Origin: the human T2T-CHM13v2.0 reference genome, Homo sapiens
Assembly (NCBI RefSeq): GCF_009914755.1
Contig: NC_060948.1
Length of the DNA stretch: 64,000 nt
Strand: one strand, 5' to 3'
Below the pieces are notes generated by a model. It was not told where the DNA came from and did no database searches. It was given only the letters and a program-made list of their open reading frames with translations. This document shows positions 1-21,567 of the stretch, piece by piece; the first letter of the stretch is position 1, and every line of letters begins with the position of its first letter. The position numbers and the translations under genes were made by a program.

Positions 1-377
1 AAGGCCAGTATGAATATACCTTCAAAGCAGCAACACAGGTTCCCCATGAGAAAAAGCAAACACAGGGAAAATAAAAACACAAAGGTTCAATCTCTTCTGA
101 CCTTTGAAAGACACAGCACAGACAGTGGTCCTTAGGACGAAGAGCAGGAGACCCCTAATTCCGTCACCATGGCGATAGGGCATAAACATTGCTGGGTGAG
201 GGCACAATCCACATTGTGAGGTCCAACTGCTGCCAGGAAGACAGGAGTGTTTTTACATAGACCGAAAGGTCATTGAAGGCTCAGAGTTTTGTTTCAAGAA
301 CTGAATCCCAAGCCCACACGTTATTAGGCTGCGCTTCTTAAAACAAGTTATGAGATGGGAAAAAGGGCACCCACAAA
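1..377. repeat. HSATI-like non-AT-rich segment of the unit (partial, first unit)
   Basis: Complex-sequence segment preceding the AT-rich block, repeated near-identically in every unit; naming as HSATI follows from known DYZ2 composition, not from an alignment I could run. Confidence 0.7.
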
Positions 378-2227
<1,850 letters not shown>

Positions 2228-2795
2228 AGATCCATATTTTTTAAATGAAAAAAAATTTCAAAGGTACTCTGCTTGGTACAATAATCAAATGTATAAACTG
2301 AGGAATAAAACATAACCATGAAACCTACTTATAACTGCATATGGAAAATACAGAGGATAATTTTTTAAATAACATATTTTGAAAGCCTTAACTAGTAATT
2401 TGAAGAGTTGGCATTTGAAAGGCCAGTATGAATATACCTTCAAAGCAGCAACACAGGTTCCCCATGAGAAAAAGCAAACACAGGGAAAATAAAAACACAA
2501 AGGTTCAATCTCTTCTGACCTTTGAAAGACACAGCACAGACAGTGGTCCTTAGGACGAAGAGCAGGAGACCCCTAATTCCGTCACCATGGCGATAGGGCA
2601 TAAACATTGCTGGGTGAGGGCACAATCCACATTGTGAGGTCCAACTGCTGCCAGGAAGACAGGAGTGCTTTTACATAGACCGAAAGGTCATTGAAGGCTC
2701 AGAGTTTTGTTTCAAGAACTGAATCCCAAGCCCACACGTTATTAGGCTGCGCTTCTTAAAACAAGTTATGAGATGGGAAAAAGGGCACCCACAAA
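2228..2795. repeat. HSATI-like segment, ~570 bp (representative complete copy; present between each Alu 5' end and the next AT-rich block)
   Basis: Runs from AGATCCATATTTTTTAAATG to GGGCACCCACAAA; the best conserved part of the unit in all copies. Confidence 0.7.
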
Positions 2796-4330
2796 CATAC
2801 GTATACATTATGTATATAATAATATACAGTATCATATATATAATATATATAACCTATGTATAATATTGTTTTACATCCTGCATCTTATGTTATATATATT
2901 GTATAAAATATAATAATTGATAATATATAAGTTTTATAATTATACAATATGACATATAGTATATATTATAATTTATGACATATATAATATATGTTATATA
3001 TCATATATAGAATATATTATACGGTTAATATACGTATTAAATATAAATTATACATTATATATATTATATATAATATATCTGTTATATATAATACCCATTA
3101 TGCATAATATATATATTATGTCTATGTTATATATAGTATAAAACAACATATAATAATATATAATTGTATATAAAATGCGACATATAATATATATTATATT
3201 TTATAACATATGTACTATATATTATATATTATATATAATACGTTGTATGTATAATACCTATATTAAATATATATTATATGACTATGTTATTAATTACATG
3301 TCACATGTGTTATATATTATATATTTTACATAGAATATACTGGTTACATACAATATATACTATGTTACCTATAATGTATAATTTATTACATGTAAAATAA
3401 AGAATGCAATATATTATGTATAATTTATAATATACAATATGTGGAATGTGATATATATAACATATAATATATGATATATGATATACAGTATATGATATAT
3501 AACATACAACATATGATTCCTAATATATATGGTATACAATATATATTTTATGATATGTATTCTATATGTTTTATATTCTGTTATATATAACTATTTGAAA
3601 TTATATATAACTGTATAATATTTTATGTAAATATGTAATATAATATATATAACTATATAATATATTATATATAACTATATATTATGTTATATATACTTTT
3701 ATAACATAATTTACATAAAATATCATAATATAATATATATTATATTATTTCATATTACATAATATATATTACATATCACCCAATATAACTAACATACATA
3801 ATATTATAATATAGATTATATTGTGTTATATTAAATATCATATATATCATGTATCATATATTCTATAATATATATTACACATTATATAATATGTATGTTG
3901 TCTATTATGTGATATATATAACTCTATATATAATTATATTTTTATACATATAACTAGATAAACATGTAATTCTACATATTTTCATTTATAATATGTAGAA
4001 TTATATAATCATATATAATTATTTATATTCTATAAAAAATTTTATCATTATATAAATTATAATATATAAAAATTATAATATGTACTACAAATATATATAT
4101 TATATATCATATATGATATAGTACCTTTGTTATATATCATAATACATATAAATGTGTATTATGTTGTCTATAATTATATAATTTCATATATAAGATGTAT
4201 AATATGTATCATATATTATATATGTTATGTAATATATATAGTATATATAAGATGACACAGGATAAATATTATATACTATGACATATAAAATATATGAGGT
4301 TATATGTTACATATAAGGCATAGCACATAA

Positions 4331-4645
<315 letters not shown>

Positions 4646-6748
4646 AGATCCATATTTTTTAAATGAAAAAAAATTTCAAAGGTACTCTGCTTGGTACAAT
4701 AATCAAATGTATAAACTGAGGAATAAAACATAACCATGAAACCTACTTATAACTGCATATGGAAAATACAGAGGATAATTTTTTAAATAACATATTTTGA
4801 AAGCCTTAACTAGTAATTTGAAGAGTTGGCATTTGAAAGGCCAGTATGAATATACCTTCAAAGCAGCAACACAGGTTCCCCATGAGAAAAAGCAAACACA
4901 GGGAAAATAAAAACACAAAGGTTCAATCTCTTCTGACCTTTGAAAGACACAGCACAGACAGTGGTCCTTAGGACGAAGAGCAGGAGACCCCTAATTCCGT
5001 CACCATGGCGATAGGGCATAAACATTGCTGGGTGAGGGCACAATCCACATTGTGAGGTCCAACTGCTGCCAGGAAGACAGGAGTGCTTTTACATAGACCG
5101 AAAGGTCATTGAAGGCTCAGAGTTTTGTTTCAAGAACTGAATCCCAAGCCCACACGTTATTAGGCTGCGCTTCTTAAAACAAGTTATGAGATGGGAAAAA
5201 GGGCACCCACAAACATACGTATACATTATGTATATAATAATATACAGTATCATATATATAATATATATAACCTATGTATAATATTGTTTTACATCCTGCA
5301 TCTTATGTTATATATATTGTATAAAATATAATAATTGATAATATATAAGTTTTATAATTATACAATATGACATATAGTATATATTATAATTTATGACATA
5401 TATAATATATGTTATATATCATATATAGAATATATTATACGGTTAATATACGTATTAAATATAAATTATACATTATATATATTATATATAATATATCTGT
5501 TATATATAATACCCATTATGCATAATATATATATTATGTCTATGTTATATATAGTATAAAACAACATATAATAATATATAATTGTATATAAAATGCGACA
5601 TATAATATATATTATATTTTATAACATATGTACTATATATTATATATTATATATAATACGTTGTATGTATAATACCTATATTAAATATATATTATATGAC
5701 TATGTTATTAATTACATGTCACATGTGTTATATATTATATATTTTACATAGAATATACTGGTTACATACAATATATACTATGTTACCTATAATGTATAAT
5801 TTATTACATGTAAAATAAAGAATGCAATATATTATGTATAATTTATAATATACAATATGTGGAATGTGATATATATAACATATAATATATGATATATGAT
5901 ATACAGTATATGATATATAACATACAACATATGATTCCTAATATATATGGTATACAATATATATTTTATGATATGTATTCTATATGTTTTATATTCTGTT
6001 ATATATAACTATTTGAAATTATATATAACTGTATAATATTTTATGTAAATATGTAATATAATATATATAACTATATAATATATTATATATAACTATATAT
6101 TATGTTATATATACTTTTATAACATAATTTACATAAAATATCATAATATAATATATATTATATTATTTCATATTACATAATATATATTACATATCACCCA
6201 ATATAACTAACATACATAATATTATAATATAGATTATATTGTGTTATATTAAATATCATATATATCATGTATCATATATTCTATAATATATATTACACAT
6301 TATATAATATGTATGTTGTCTATTATGTGATATATATAACTCTATATATAATTATATTTTTATACATATAACTAGATAAACATGTAATTCTACATATTTT
6401 CATTTATAATATGTAGAATTATATAATCATATATAATTATTTATATTCTATAAAAAATTTTATCATTATATAAATTATAATATATAAAAATTATAATATG
6501 TACTACAAATATATATATTATATATCATATATGATATAGTACCTTTGTTATATATCATAATACATATAAATGTGTATTATGTTGTCTATAATTATATAAT
6601 TTCATATATAAGATGTATAATATGTATCATATATTATATATGTTATGTAATATATATAGTATATATAAGATGACACAGGATAAATATTATATACTATGAC
6701 ATATAAAATATATGAGGTTATATGTTACATATAAGGCATAGCACATAA

Positions 6749-7063
<315 letters not shown>

Positions 7064-9166
7064 AGATCCATATTTTTTAAATGAAAAAAAATTTCAAAGG
7101 TACTCTGCTTGGTACAATAATCAAATGTATAAACTGAGGAATAAAACATAACCATGAAACCTACTTATAACTGCATATGGAAAATACAGAGGATAATTTT
7201 TTAAATAACATATTTTGAAAGCCTTAACTAGTAATTTGAAGAGTTGGCATTTGAAAGGCCAGTATGAATATACCTTCAAAGCAGCAACACAGGTTCCCCA
7301 TGAGAAAAAGCAAACTCAGGGAAAATAAAACCACAAAGGTTCAATCTCTTCTGACCTTTGAAAGACACAGCACAGACAGTGGTCCTTAGGACGAAGAGCA
7401 GGAGACCCCTAATTCCGTCACCATGGCGATAGGGCATAAACATTGCTGGGTGAGGGCACAATCCACATTGTGAGGTCCAACTGCTGCCAGGAAGACAGGA
7501 GTGCTTTTACATAGACCGAAAGGTCATTGAAGGCTCAGAGTTTTGTTTCAAGAACTGAATCCCAAGCCCACACGTTATTAGGCTGCGCTTCTTAAAACAA
7601 GTTATGAGATGGGAAAAAGGGCACCCACAAACATACGTATACATTATGTATATAATAATATACAGTATCATATATATAATATATATAACCTATGTATAAT
7701 ATTGTTTTACATCCTGCATCTTATGTTATATATATTGTATAAAATATAATAATTGATAATATATAAGTTTTATAATTATACAATATGACATATAGTATAT
7801 ATTATAATTTATGACATATATAATATATGTTATATATCATATATAGAATATATTATACGGTTAATATACGTATTAAATATAAATTATACATTATATATAT
7901 TATATATAATATATCTGTTATATATAATACCCATTATGCATAATATATATATTATGTCTATGTTATATATAGTATAAAACAACATATAATAATATATAAT
8001 TGTATATAAAATGCGACATATAATATATATTATATTTTATAACATATGTACTATATATTATATATTATATATAATACGTTGTATGTATAATACCTATATT
8101 AAATATATATTATATGACTATGTTATTAATTACATGTCACATGTGTTATATATTATATATTTTACATAGAATATACTGGTTACATACAATATATACTATG
8201 TTACCTATAATGTATAATTTATTACATGTAAAATAAAGAATGCAATATATTATGTATAATTTATAATATACAATATGTGGAATGTGATATATATAACATA
8301 TAATATATGATATATGATATACAGTATATGATATATAACATACAACATATGATTCCTAATATATATGGTATACAATATATATTTTATGATATGTATTCTA
8401 TATGTTTTATATTCTGTTATATATAACTATTTGAAATTATATATAACTGTATAATATTTTATGTAAATATGTAATATAATATATATAACTATATAATATA
8501 TTATATATAACTATATATTATGTTATATATACTTTTATAACATAATTTACATAAAATATCATAATATAATATATATTATATTATTTCATATTACATAATA
8601 TATATTACATATCACCCAATATAACTAACATACATAATATTATAATATAGATTATATTGTGTTATATTAAATATCATATATATCATGTATCATATATTCT
8701 ATAATATATATTACACATTATATAATATGTATGTTGTCTATTATGTGATATATATAACTCTATATATAATTATATTTTTATACATATAACTAGATAAACA
8801 TGTAATTCTACATATTTTCATTTATAATATGTAGAATTATATAATCATATATAATTATTTATATTCTATAAAAAATTTTATCATTATATAAATTATAATA
8901 TATAAAAATTATAATATGTACTACAAATATATATATTATATATCATATATGATATAGTACCTTTGTTATATATCATAATACATATAAATGTGTATTATGT
9001 TGTCTATAATTATATAATTTCATATATAAGATGTATAATATGTATCATATATTATATATGTTATGTAATATATATAGTATATATAAGATGACACAGGATA
9101 AATATTATATACTATGACATATAAAATATATGAGGTTATATGTTACATATAAGGCATAGCACATAA

Positions 9167-9481
<315 letters not shown>

Positions 9482-11586
9482 AGATCCATATTTTTTAAAT
9501 GAAAAAAAATTTCAAAGGTACTCTGCTTGGTACAATAATCAAATGTATAAACTGAGGAATAAAACATAACCATGAAACCTACTTATAACTGCATATGGAA
9601 AATACAGAGGATAATTTTTTAAATAACATATTTTGAAAGCCTTAACTAGTAATTTGAAGAGTTGGCATTTGAAAGGCCAGTATGAATATACCTTCAAAGC
9701 AGCAACACAGGTTCCCCATGAGAAAAAGCAAACACAGGGAAAATAAAAACACAAAGGTTCAATCTCTTCTGACCTTTGAAAGACACAGCACAGACAGTGG
9801 TCCTTAGGACGAAGAGCAGGAGACCCCTAATTCCGTCACCATGGCGATAGGGCATAAACATTGCTGGGTGAGGGCACAATCCACATTGTGAGGTCCAACT
9901 GCTGCCAGGAAGACAGGAGTGCTTTTACATAGACCGAAAGGTCATTGAAGGCTCAGAGTTTTGTTTCAAGAACTGAATCCCAAGCCCACACGTTATTAGG
10001 CTGCGCTTCTTAAAACAAGTTATGAGATGGGAAAAAGGGCACCCACAAACATACGTATACATTATGTATATAATAATATACAGTATCATATATATAATAT
10101 ATATAACCTATGTATAATATTGTTTTACATCCTGCATCTTATGTTATATATATTGTATAAAATATAATAATTGATAATATATAAGTTTTATAATTATACA
10201 ATATGACATATAGTATATATTATAATTTATGACATATATAATATATGTTATATATCATATATAGAATATATTATACGGTTAATATACGTATTAAATATAA
10301 ATTATACATTATATATATTATATATAATATATCTGTTATATATAATACCCATTATGCATAATATATATATTATGTCTATGTTATATATAGTATAAAACAA
10401 CATATAATAATATATAATTGTATATATAAAATGCGACATATAATATATATTATATTTAATAACATATGTAATATATATTATATATTATATATAATACGTT
10501 GTATGTATAATACCTATATTAAATATATATTATATGACTATGTTATTAATTACATGTCACATGTGTTATTTATTATATATTTTACATAGAATATACCGGT
10601 TACATACAATATATACTAAGTTACCTATACTGTATAATTTATTACATGTAAAATAAAGAATGCAATATATTATGTATAATTTATAATATACAATATGTGG
10701 AATGTGATATATATAACATATAATATATGATATATGATATACAGTATATGATATATAACATACAATATATGATTCCTAATATATATGGTATACAATATGT
10801 ATTTTATGATATGTATTCTATATGTTTTATATTCTGTTATATATAACTATTTGAAATTATATATAACTGTATAATATTTTATGTAAATATGTAATATAAT
10901 ATATATAACTATATAATATGTTATATATAACTATATATTATGTTATATATACTTTTATAACATAATTTACATAAAATATCATAATATAATATATATTATA
11001 TTATTTCATATTACATAATATATATTACATATCACCCAATATAACTAACATACATAATATTATAATATAGATTATATTGTGTTATATTAAATATCATATA
11101 TATCATGTATCATATATTCTATAATATATATTACACATTATATAATATGTATGTTGTCTATTATGTGATATATATAACTCTATATATAATTATATTTTTA
11201 TACAAATAACTAGATAAACATGTAATTCTACATATTTTCATTTATAATATGTAGAATTATATAATCATATATAATTATTTATATTCTATAAAAAATTTTA
11301 TCATTATATAAATTATAATATATAAAAATTATAATATGTACTACAAATATATATATTATATATCATATATGATATAGTACCTTTGTTATATATCATAATA
11401 CATATAAATGTGTATTATGTTATGTATAATTATATAATTTCATATATAAGATGTATAATGTGTATCATATATTATATATCTTATGTAATATATATAGTAT
11501 ATATAAGATGACACAGGATAAATATTATATACTATGACATATAAAATATATGAGGTTATATGTTACATATAAGGCATAGCACATAA

Positions 11587-11901
<315 letters not shown>

Positions 11902-14022
11902 AGATCCATATTTTTTAAATGAAAAAAAATTTCAAAGGTACTCTGCTTGGTACAATAATCAAATGTATAAACTGAGGAATAAAACATAACCATGAAACCT
12001 ACTTATAACTGCATATGGAAAATACAGAGGATAATTTTTTAAATAACATATTTTGAAAGCCTTAACTAGTAATTTGAAGAGTTGGCATTTGAAAGGCCAG
12101 TATGAATATACCTTCAAAGCAGCAACACAGGTTCCCCATGAGAAAAAGCAAACACAGGGAAAATAAAAACACAAAGGTTCAATCTCTTCTGACCTTTGAA
12201 AGACACAGCACAGACAGTGGTCCTTAGGACGAAGAGCAGGACACCCCTAATTCCGTCACCATGGCGATAGGGCATAAACATTGCTGGGTGAGGGCACAAT
12301 CCACATTGTGAGGTCCAACTGCTGCCAGGAAGACAGGAGTGCTTTTACATAGACCGAAAGGTCATTGAAGGCTCAGAGTTTTGTTTCAAGAACTGAATCC
12401 CAAGCCCACACGTTATTAGGCTGCGCTTCTTAAAACAAGTTATGAGATGGGAAAAAGGGCACCCACAAACATACGTATACATTATGTATATAATAATATA
12501 CAGTATCATATATATAATATATATAACCTATGTATAATATTGTTTTACATCCTGCATCTTATGTTATATATATTGTATAAAATATAATAATTGATAATAT
12601 ATAAGTTTTATAATTATACAATATGACATATAGTATATATTATAATTTATGACATATATAATATATGTTATATATCATATATAGAATATATTATACGGTT
12701 AATATACGTATTAAATATAAATTATACTTTATATATATTATATATAATACATCTGTTATATATAATACCCATTATGCATAATATATATATTATGTCTATG
12801 TTATATATAGTATAAAACAACATATAATAATATATAATTGTATATATAAAATGCGACATATAATATATATTATATTTTATAACATATGTAATATATATTA
12901 TATATAATACGTTGTATGTATAATACCTATATTAAATATATATTATATGACTATGTTATTAATTACATGTCACATGTGTTATATATTATATATTTTACAT
13001 AGAATATACCGGTTACATACAATATATACTAAGTTACCTATAATGTATAATTTATTACATGTAAAATAAAGAATGCAATATATTATGTATAATTTATAAT
13101 ATACAATATGTGGAATGTGATATATATAACATATAATATATGATATATGATATACAGTATATGATATATAACATACAATATATGATTCCTAATATATATG
13201 GTATACAATATATATTTTATGATATGTATTCTATATGTTTTATATTCTGTTATATATAACTATTTGAAATTATATATAACTGTATAATATTTTATGTAAA
13301 TATGTAATATAATATATATAACTATATAATATATTATATATAACTATATATTATGTTATATATACTTTTATAACATAATTTACATAAAATATCATAATAT
13401 AATATATATTATATTATTTCATATTACATAATATATATTACATATCACCCAATATAACTAACATACATAATATTATAATATAGATTATATTGTGTTATAT
13501 TAAATATCATATATATCATGTATCATATATTCTATAATATATATTACACATTATATAATATATATGTTGTCTATTATGTGATATATATAACTCTATATAT
13601 AATTATATTTTTATACATATAACTAGATAAACATGTAATTCTACATATTTTCATTTATAATATGTAGAATTATATAATCATATATAATTATTTATATTCT
13701 ATAAAAAATTTTATCATTATATAAATTATAATATATAAAAATTATAATATGTACTACAAATATATATATTATATATCATATATGATATAGTACCTTTGTT
13801 ATATATCATAATACATATAAATGTGTATTATGTTATCTATAATTATATAATTTCATATATAAGATGTATAATATGTATCATATATTATATATGTTATGTA
13901 ATATATATAGTATATATAAGATGACACAGGATAAATATTATATACTATGACATATAAAATATATGAGGTTATATGTTACATATAAGGCATAGCACATAAC
14001 ATGTAATATATATCATATATAA

Positions 14023-14314
14023 TTTTTTTTTAGACAGAATCTTGTCCTGTTGCACAGGGTGGTGTACAATGGCGCCATCTTTGCTCACTGCAACTTCTGC
14101 CTCACGGGTCCAAGCGATTGTCCTCCCTCAGCCTCCCAGGTAGCTGGGACTACACCACACTGGGACTACACCAGCTGCCACCATGCCTAGCTAATTTTTT
14201 GGATTTTTAGTAGTGACAGCCTTTCACTGTATTGGCCAGGATGGTCTTGATCTCTTCACCTTGTGATCCCCTTGCCTTGGCCTCCAAATTTGCGGGGATT
14301 ACAGGCCTGAGCCA
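14023..14314 (-). mobile_element. Alu copy in U6
   Basis: Same Alu landmarks as U1. Confidence 0.92.
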
Positions 14315-16419
14315 AGATCCATATTTTTTAAATGAAAAAAAATTTCAAAGGTACTCTGCTTGGTACAATAATCAAATGTATAAACTGAGGAATAAAACAT
14401 AACCATGAAACCTACTTATAACTGCATATGGAAAATACAGAGGATAATTTTTTAAATAACATATTTTGAAAGCCTTGACTAGTAATTTGAAGAGTTGGCA
14501 TTTGAAAGGCCAGTATGAATATACCTTCAAAGCAGCAACACAGGTTCCCCATGAGAAAAAGCAAACACAGGGAAAATAAAAACACAAAGGTTCAATCTCT
14601 TCTGACCTTTGAAAGACACAGCACAGACAGTGGTCCTTAGGACGAAGAGCAGGAGACCCCTAATTCCGTCACCATGGCGATAGGGCATAAACATTGCTGG
14701 GTGAGGGCACAATCCACACTGTGAGGTCCAACTGCTGCCAGGAAGACAGGAGTGCTTTTACATAGACCGAAAGGTCATTGAAGGCTCAGAGTTTTGTTTC
14801 AAGAACTGAATCCCAAGCCCACACGTTATTAGGCTGCGCTTCTTAAAACAAGTTATGAGATGGGAAAAAGGGCACCCACAAACATACGTATACATCATGT
14901 ATATAATAATATACAGTATCATATATATAATATATATAACCTATGTATAATATTGTTTTACATCCTGCATCTTATGTTATATATATTGTATAAAATATAA
15001 TAATTGATAATATATAAGTTTTATAATTATACAATATGACATATAGTATATATTATAATTTATGACATATATAATATATGTTATATGTCATATATAGAAT
15101 ATATTATACGGTTAATATACGTATTAAATATAAATTATACATTATATATATTATATATAATATATCTGTTATATATAATACCCATTATGCATAATATATA
15201 TATTATGTCTATGTTATATATAGTATAAAACAACATATAATAATATATAATTGTATATATAAAATGCGACATATAATATATATTATATTTTATAACATAT
15301 GTAATATATATTATATATTATATATAATACGTTGTATGTATAATACCTATATTAAATATATATTATATGACTATGTTATTAATTACATGTCACATGTGTT
15401 ATTTATTATATATTTTACATAGAATATACCGGTTACATACAATATATACTATGTTACCTATAATGTATAATTTATTACATGTAAAATAAAGAATGCAATA
15501 TATTATGTATAATTTATAATATACAATATGTGGAATGTGATATATATAACATATAATATATGATATATGATATACAGTATATGATATATAACATACAATA
15601 TATGATTCCTAATATATATGGTATACAATATATATTTTATGATATGTATTCTATATGTTTTATATTCTGTTATATATAACTATTTGAAATTATATATAAC
15701 TGTATAATATTTTATGTAAATATGTAATATAATATATATAACTATATAATATATTATATATAACTATATATTATGTTATATATACTTTTATAACATAATT
15801 TACATAAAATATCATAATATAATATATATTATATTATTTCATATTACATAATATATATTACATATCACCCAATATAACTAACATACATAATATTATAATA
15901 TAGATTATATTGTGTTATATTAAATATCATATATATCATGTATCATATATTCTATAATATATATTACACATTATATAATATGTATGTTGTCTATTATGTG
16001 ATATATATAACTCTATATATAATTATATTTTTATACATATAACTAGATAAACATGTAATTCTACATATTTTCATTTATAATATGTAGAATTATATAATCA
16101 TATATAATTATTTATATTCTATAAAAAATTTTATCATTATATAAATTATAATATATAAAAATTATAATATGTACTACAAATATATATATTATATATCATA
16201 TATGATATAGTACCTTTGTTATATATCATAATACATATAAATGTGTATTATGTTATCTATAATTATATAATTTCATATATAAGATGTATAATATGTATCA
16301 TATATTATATATGTTATGTAATATATACAGTATATATAAGATGACACAGGATAAATATTATATACTATGACATATAAAATATATGAGGTTATATGTTACA
16401 TATAAGGCATAGCACATAA

Positions 16420-16734
<315 letters not shown>

Positions 16735-18832
16735 AGATCCATATTTTTTAAATGAAAAAAAATTTCAAAGGTACTCTGCTTGGTACAATAATCAAATGTA
16801 TAAACTGAGGAATAAAACATAACCATGAAACCTACTTATAACTGCATATGGAAAATACAGAGGATAATTTTTTAAATAACATATTTTGAAAGCCTTAACT
16901 AGTAATTTGAAGAGTTGGCATTTGAAAGGCCAGTATGAATATACCTTCAAAGCAGCAACACAGGTTCCCCATGAGAAAAAGCAAACACAGGGGAAATAAA
17001 AACACAGAGGTTCAATCTCTTCTGACCTTTGAAAGACACAGCACAGACAGTGGTCCTTAGGACGAAGAGCAGGAGACCCCTAATTCCGTCACCATGGCGA
17101 TAGGGCATAAACATTGCTGGGTGAGGGCACAATCCACATTGTGAGGTCCAACTGCTGCCAGGAAGACAGGAGTGCTTTTACATAGACCGAAAGGTCATTG
17201 AAGGCTCAGAGTTTTGTTTCAAGAACTGAATCCCAAGCCCACACGTTATTAGGCTGCGCTTCTTAAAACAAGTTATGAGATGGGAAAAAGGGCACCCACA
17301 AACATACGTATACATTATGTATATAATAATATACAGTATCATATATATAATATATATAACCTATGTATAATATTGTTTTACATCCTGCATCTTATGTTAT
17401 ATATATTGTATAAAATATAATAATTGATAATATATAAGTTTTATAATTATACAATACGACATATAGTACATATTATAATTTATGACATATATAGTATATG
17501 TTATATATCATATATAGAATATATTATACGGTTAATATACGTATTAAATATAAATTATACATTATATATATTATATATAATATATCTGTTATATATAATA
17601 CCCATTATGCATAATATATATATTATGTCTATGTTATATATAGTATAAAACAACATATAATAATATATAATTGTATATATAAAATGCGACATATAATATA
17701 TATTATAATTTATAACATATGTAATATATATTATATATAACACGTTGTATGTAAAATACCTATATTAAATATATGTTATATGACTATGTTATTAATTACA
17801 TGTCACATGTGTTATATATTATATATTTTACATAGAATATACCGGTTACATACAATATATACTATGTTACCTATAATGTATAATTTATTACATGTAAAAT
17901 AAAGAATGCAATATATTATGTATAATTTATAACATACAATATGTGGAATGTGATATATATAACATATAATATATGATATATGATATACAGTATATGATAT
18001 ATAACATACAATATATGATTCCTAATATATATGGTATACAATATATATTTTATGATATGTATTCTATATGTTTTATATTCTGTTATATATAACTATTTGA
18101 AATTATATATAACTGTATAATATTTTATGTAAATATGTAATATAATATATATAACTATATAATATATTATATATAACTATATATTATGTTATATATACTT
18201 TTATAACATAATTTATATAAAATATCATAATATAATATATATTATATTATTTCATATTACATAATATATATTACATATCACCCAATATAACTAACATACA
18301 TAATATTATAATATAGATTATATTATGTTATGTTAAATATCATATATATCATGTATCATATATTCTATAATATATATTACACATTATATAATATGTATGT
18401 TGTCTATTATGTGATATATATAACTATATATATAATTATATATTTATACATATAACTAGATAAACATGTAATTCTACATATTTTCATTTATAATATGTAG
18501 AATTATATAATCATATATAATTATTTATATTCTATAAAAAATTTTATCATTATATAAATTATAATATATAAAAATTATAATATGTACTACAAATATATAT
18601 ATTATATATCATATATGATATAGTACCTTTGTTATATATCATAATACATATAAATGTGTATTCTGTTATCTATAATTATATAATTTCATATATAAGATGT
18701 ATAATATGTATCATATATTATATATGTTATGTAATATATACAGCATATATAAGATGACACAGGATAAATATTATATACTATGACATATAAAATATATGAG
18801 GTTATATGTTACATATAAGGCATAGCACATAA

Positions 18833-19147
<315 letters not shown>

Positions 19148-21252
19148 AGATCCATATTTTTTAAATGAAAAAAAATTTCAAAGGTACTCTGCTTGGTACA
19201 ATAATCAAATGTATAAACTGAGGAATAAAACATAACCATGAAACCTACTTATAACTGCATATGGAAAATACAGAGGATAATTTTTTAAATAACATATTTT
19301 GAAAGCCTTAACTAGTAATTTGAAGAGTTGGCATTTGAAAGGCCAGTATGAATATACCTTCAAAGCAGCAACACAGGTTCCCCATGAGGAAAAGCAAACA
19401 CAGGGAAAATAAAAACACAAAGGTTCAATCTCTTCTGACCTTTGAAAGACACAGCACAGACAGTGGTCGTTAGGACGAAGAGCAGGAGACCCCTAATTCC
19501 GTCACCGTGGCGATAGGGCATAAACATTGCTGGGTGAGGGCACAATCCACATTGTGAGGTCCAACTGCTGCCAGGAAGACAGGAGTGCTTTTACATAGAC
19601 CGAAAGGTCATTGAAGGCTCAGAGTTTTGTTTCAAGAACTGAATCCCAAGCCCACACGTTATTAGGCTGCGCTTCTTAAAACAAGTTATGAGATGGGAAA
19701 AAGGGCACCCACAAACATACGTATACATTATGTATATAATAATATACAGTATCATATATATAATATATATAACCTATGTATAATATTGTTTTACATCCTG
19801 CATCTTATGTTATATATATTGTATAAAATATAATAATTGATAATATATAAGTTTTATAATTCTACAATATGACATATAGTATATATTATAATTTATGACA
19901 TATATAATATATGTTATATATCATATATAGAATATATTATACGGTTAATATACGTATTAAATATAAATTATACATTATATATATTATATATAATATATCT
20001 GTTATATATAATACCCATTATGCATAATATATATATTATGTCTATGTTATATATAGTATAAAACAACATATAATAATATATAATTGTATATATAAAATGT
20101 GACATATAATATATATTATATTTTATAACATATGTAATATATATTATATATTATATATAACACGTTGTATGTATAATACCTATATTAAATATATATTATA
20201 TGACTATGTTATTAATTACATGTCACATGTGTTATATATTATATATTTTACATAGAATATACCGGTTACATACAATATATACTATGTTACCTATAATGTA
20301 TAATTTATTACATGTAAAATAAAGAATGCAATATATTATGTATAATTTATAATATACAATATGTGGAATGTGATATATATAACATATAATATATGATATA
20401 TGATATACAGTATATGATATATAACATACAATATATGATTCCTAATATATATGGTATACAATATATATTTTATGATATGTATTCTATATGTTTTATATTC
20501 TGTTATATATAACTATTTGAAATTATATATAACTGTATAATATTTTATGTAAATATGTAATATAATATATATAACTATATAATATATTATATATAACTAT
20601 ATATTATGTTATATATACTTTTATAACATAATTTACATAAAATATCATAATATAATATATATTATATTATTTCATATTACATAATATATATTACATATCA
20701 CCCAATATAACTAACATACATAATATTATAATATAGATTATATTATGTTATATTAAATATCATATATATCATGTATCATATATTCTATAATATATATTAC
20801 ACATTATATAATATGTATGTTGTCTATTATGTGATATATATAACTCTATATATAATTATATTTTTATACATATAACTAGATAAACATGTAATTCTACATA
20901 TTTTCATTTATAATATGTAGAATTATATAATCATATATAATTATTTATATTCTATAAAAAATTTTATCATTATATAAATTATAATATATAAAAATTATAA
21001 TATGTACTACAAATATATATATTATATATCATATATGATACAGTACCTTTGTTATATATCATAATACATATAAATGTGTATTATGTTATCTATAATTATA
21101 TAATTTCATATATAAGATGTATAATATGTATCATATATTATATATGTTATGTAATATATATAGTATATATAAGATGACACAGGATAAATATTATATACTA
21201 TGACATATAAAATATATGAGGTTATATGTTACATATAAGGCATAGCACATAA

Positions 21253-21567
<315 letters not shown>

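Noticed and set aside
22-207. Recurrent 61-aa minus-strand ORF (MCPHPAMF...) in each unit
   Set aside because: Starts at TTG, no recognisable domain, conserved only because the DNA is tandemly repeated; frameshifted in U12.
169-219. Strong Kozak ATG (GTCACCATGG) on + strand
   Set aside because: Unspliced frame is only 16 codons; ATG is mutated to GTG in U9.
2285-2500. Recurrent 71-aa minus-strand ORF (MCFYFPCV...)
   Set aside because: TTG start, overlaps the other ORF in another frame, missing from the track at the U3/U4 and U7/U8 junctions and altered in others; no sign of coding constraint.
17424-17743. Ile/Tyr-rich ORFs in U8
   Set aside because: Translation of TA-rich simple sequence where private variants removed stops.
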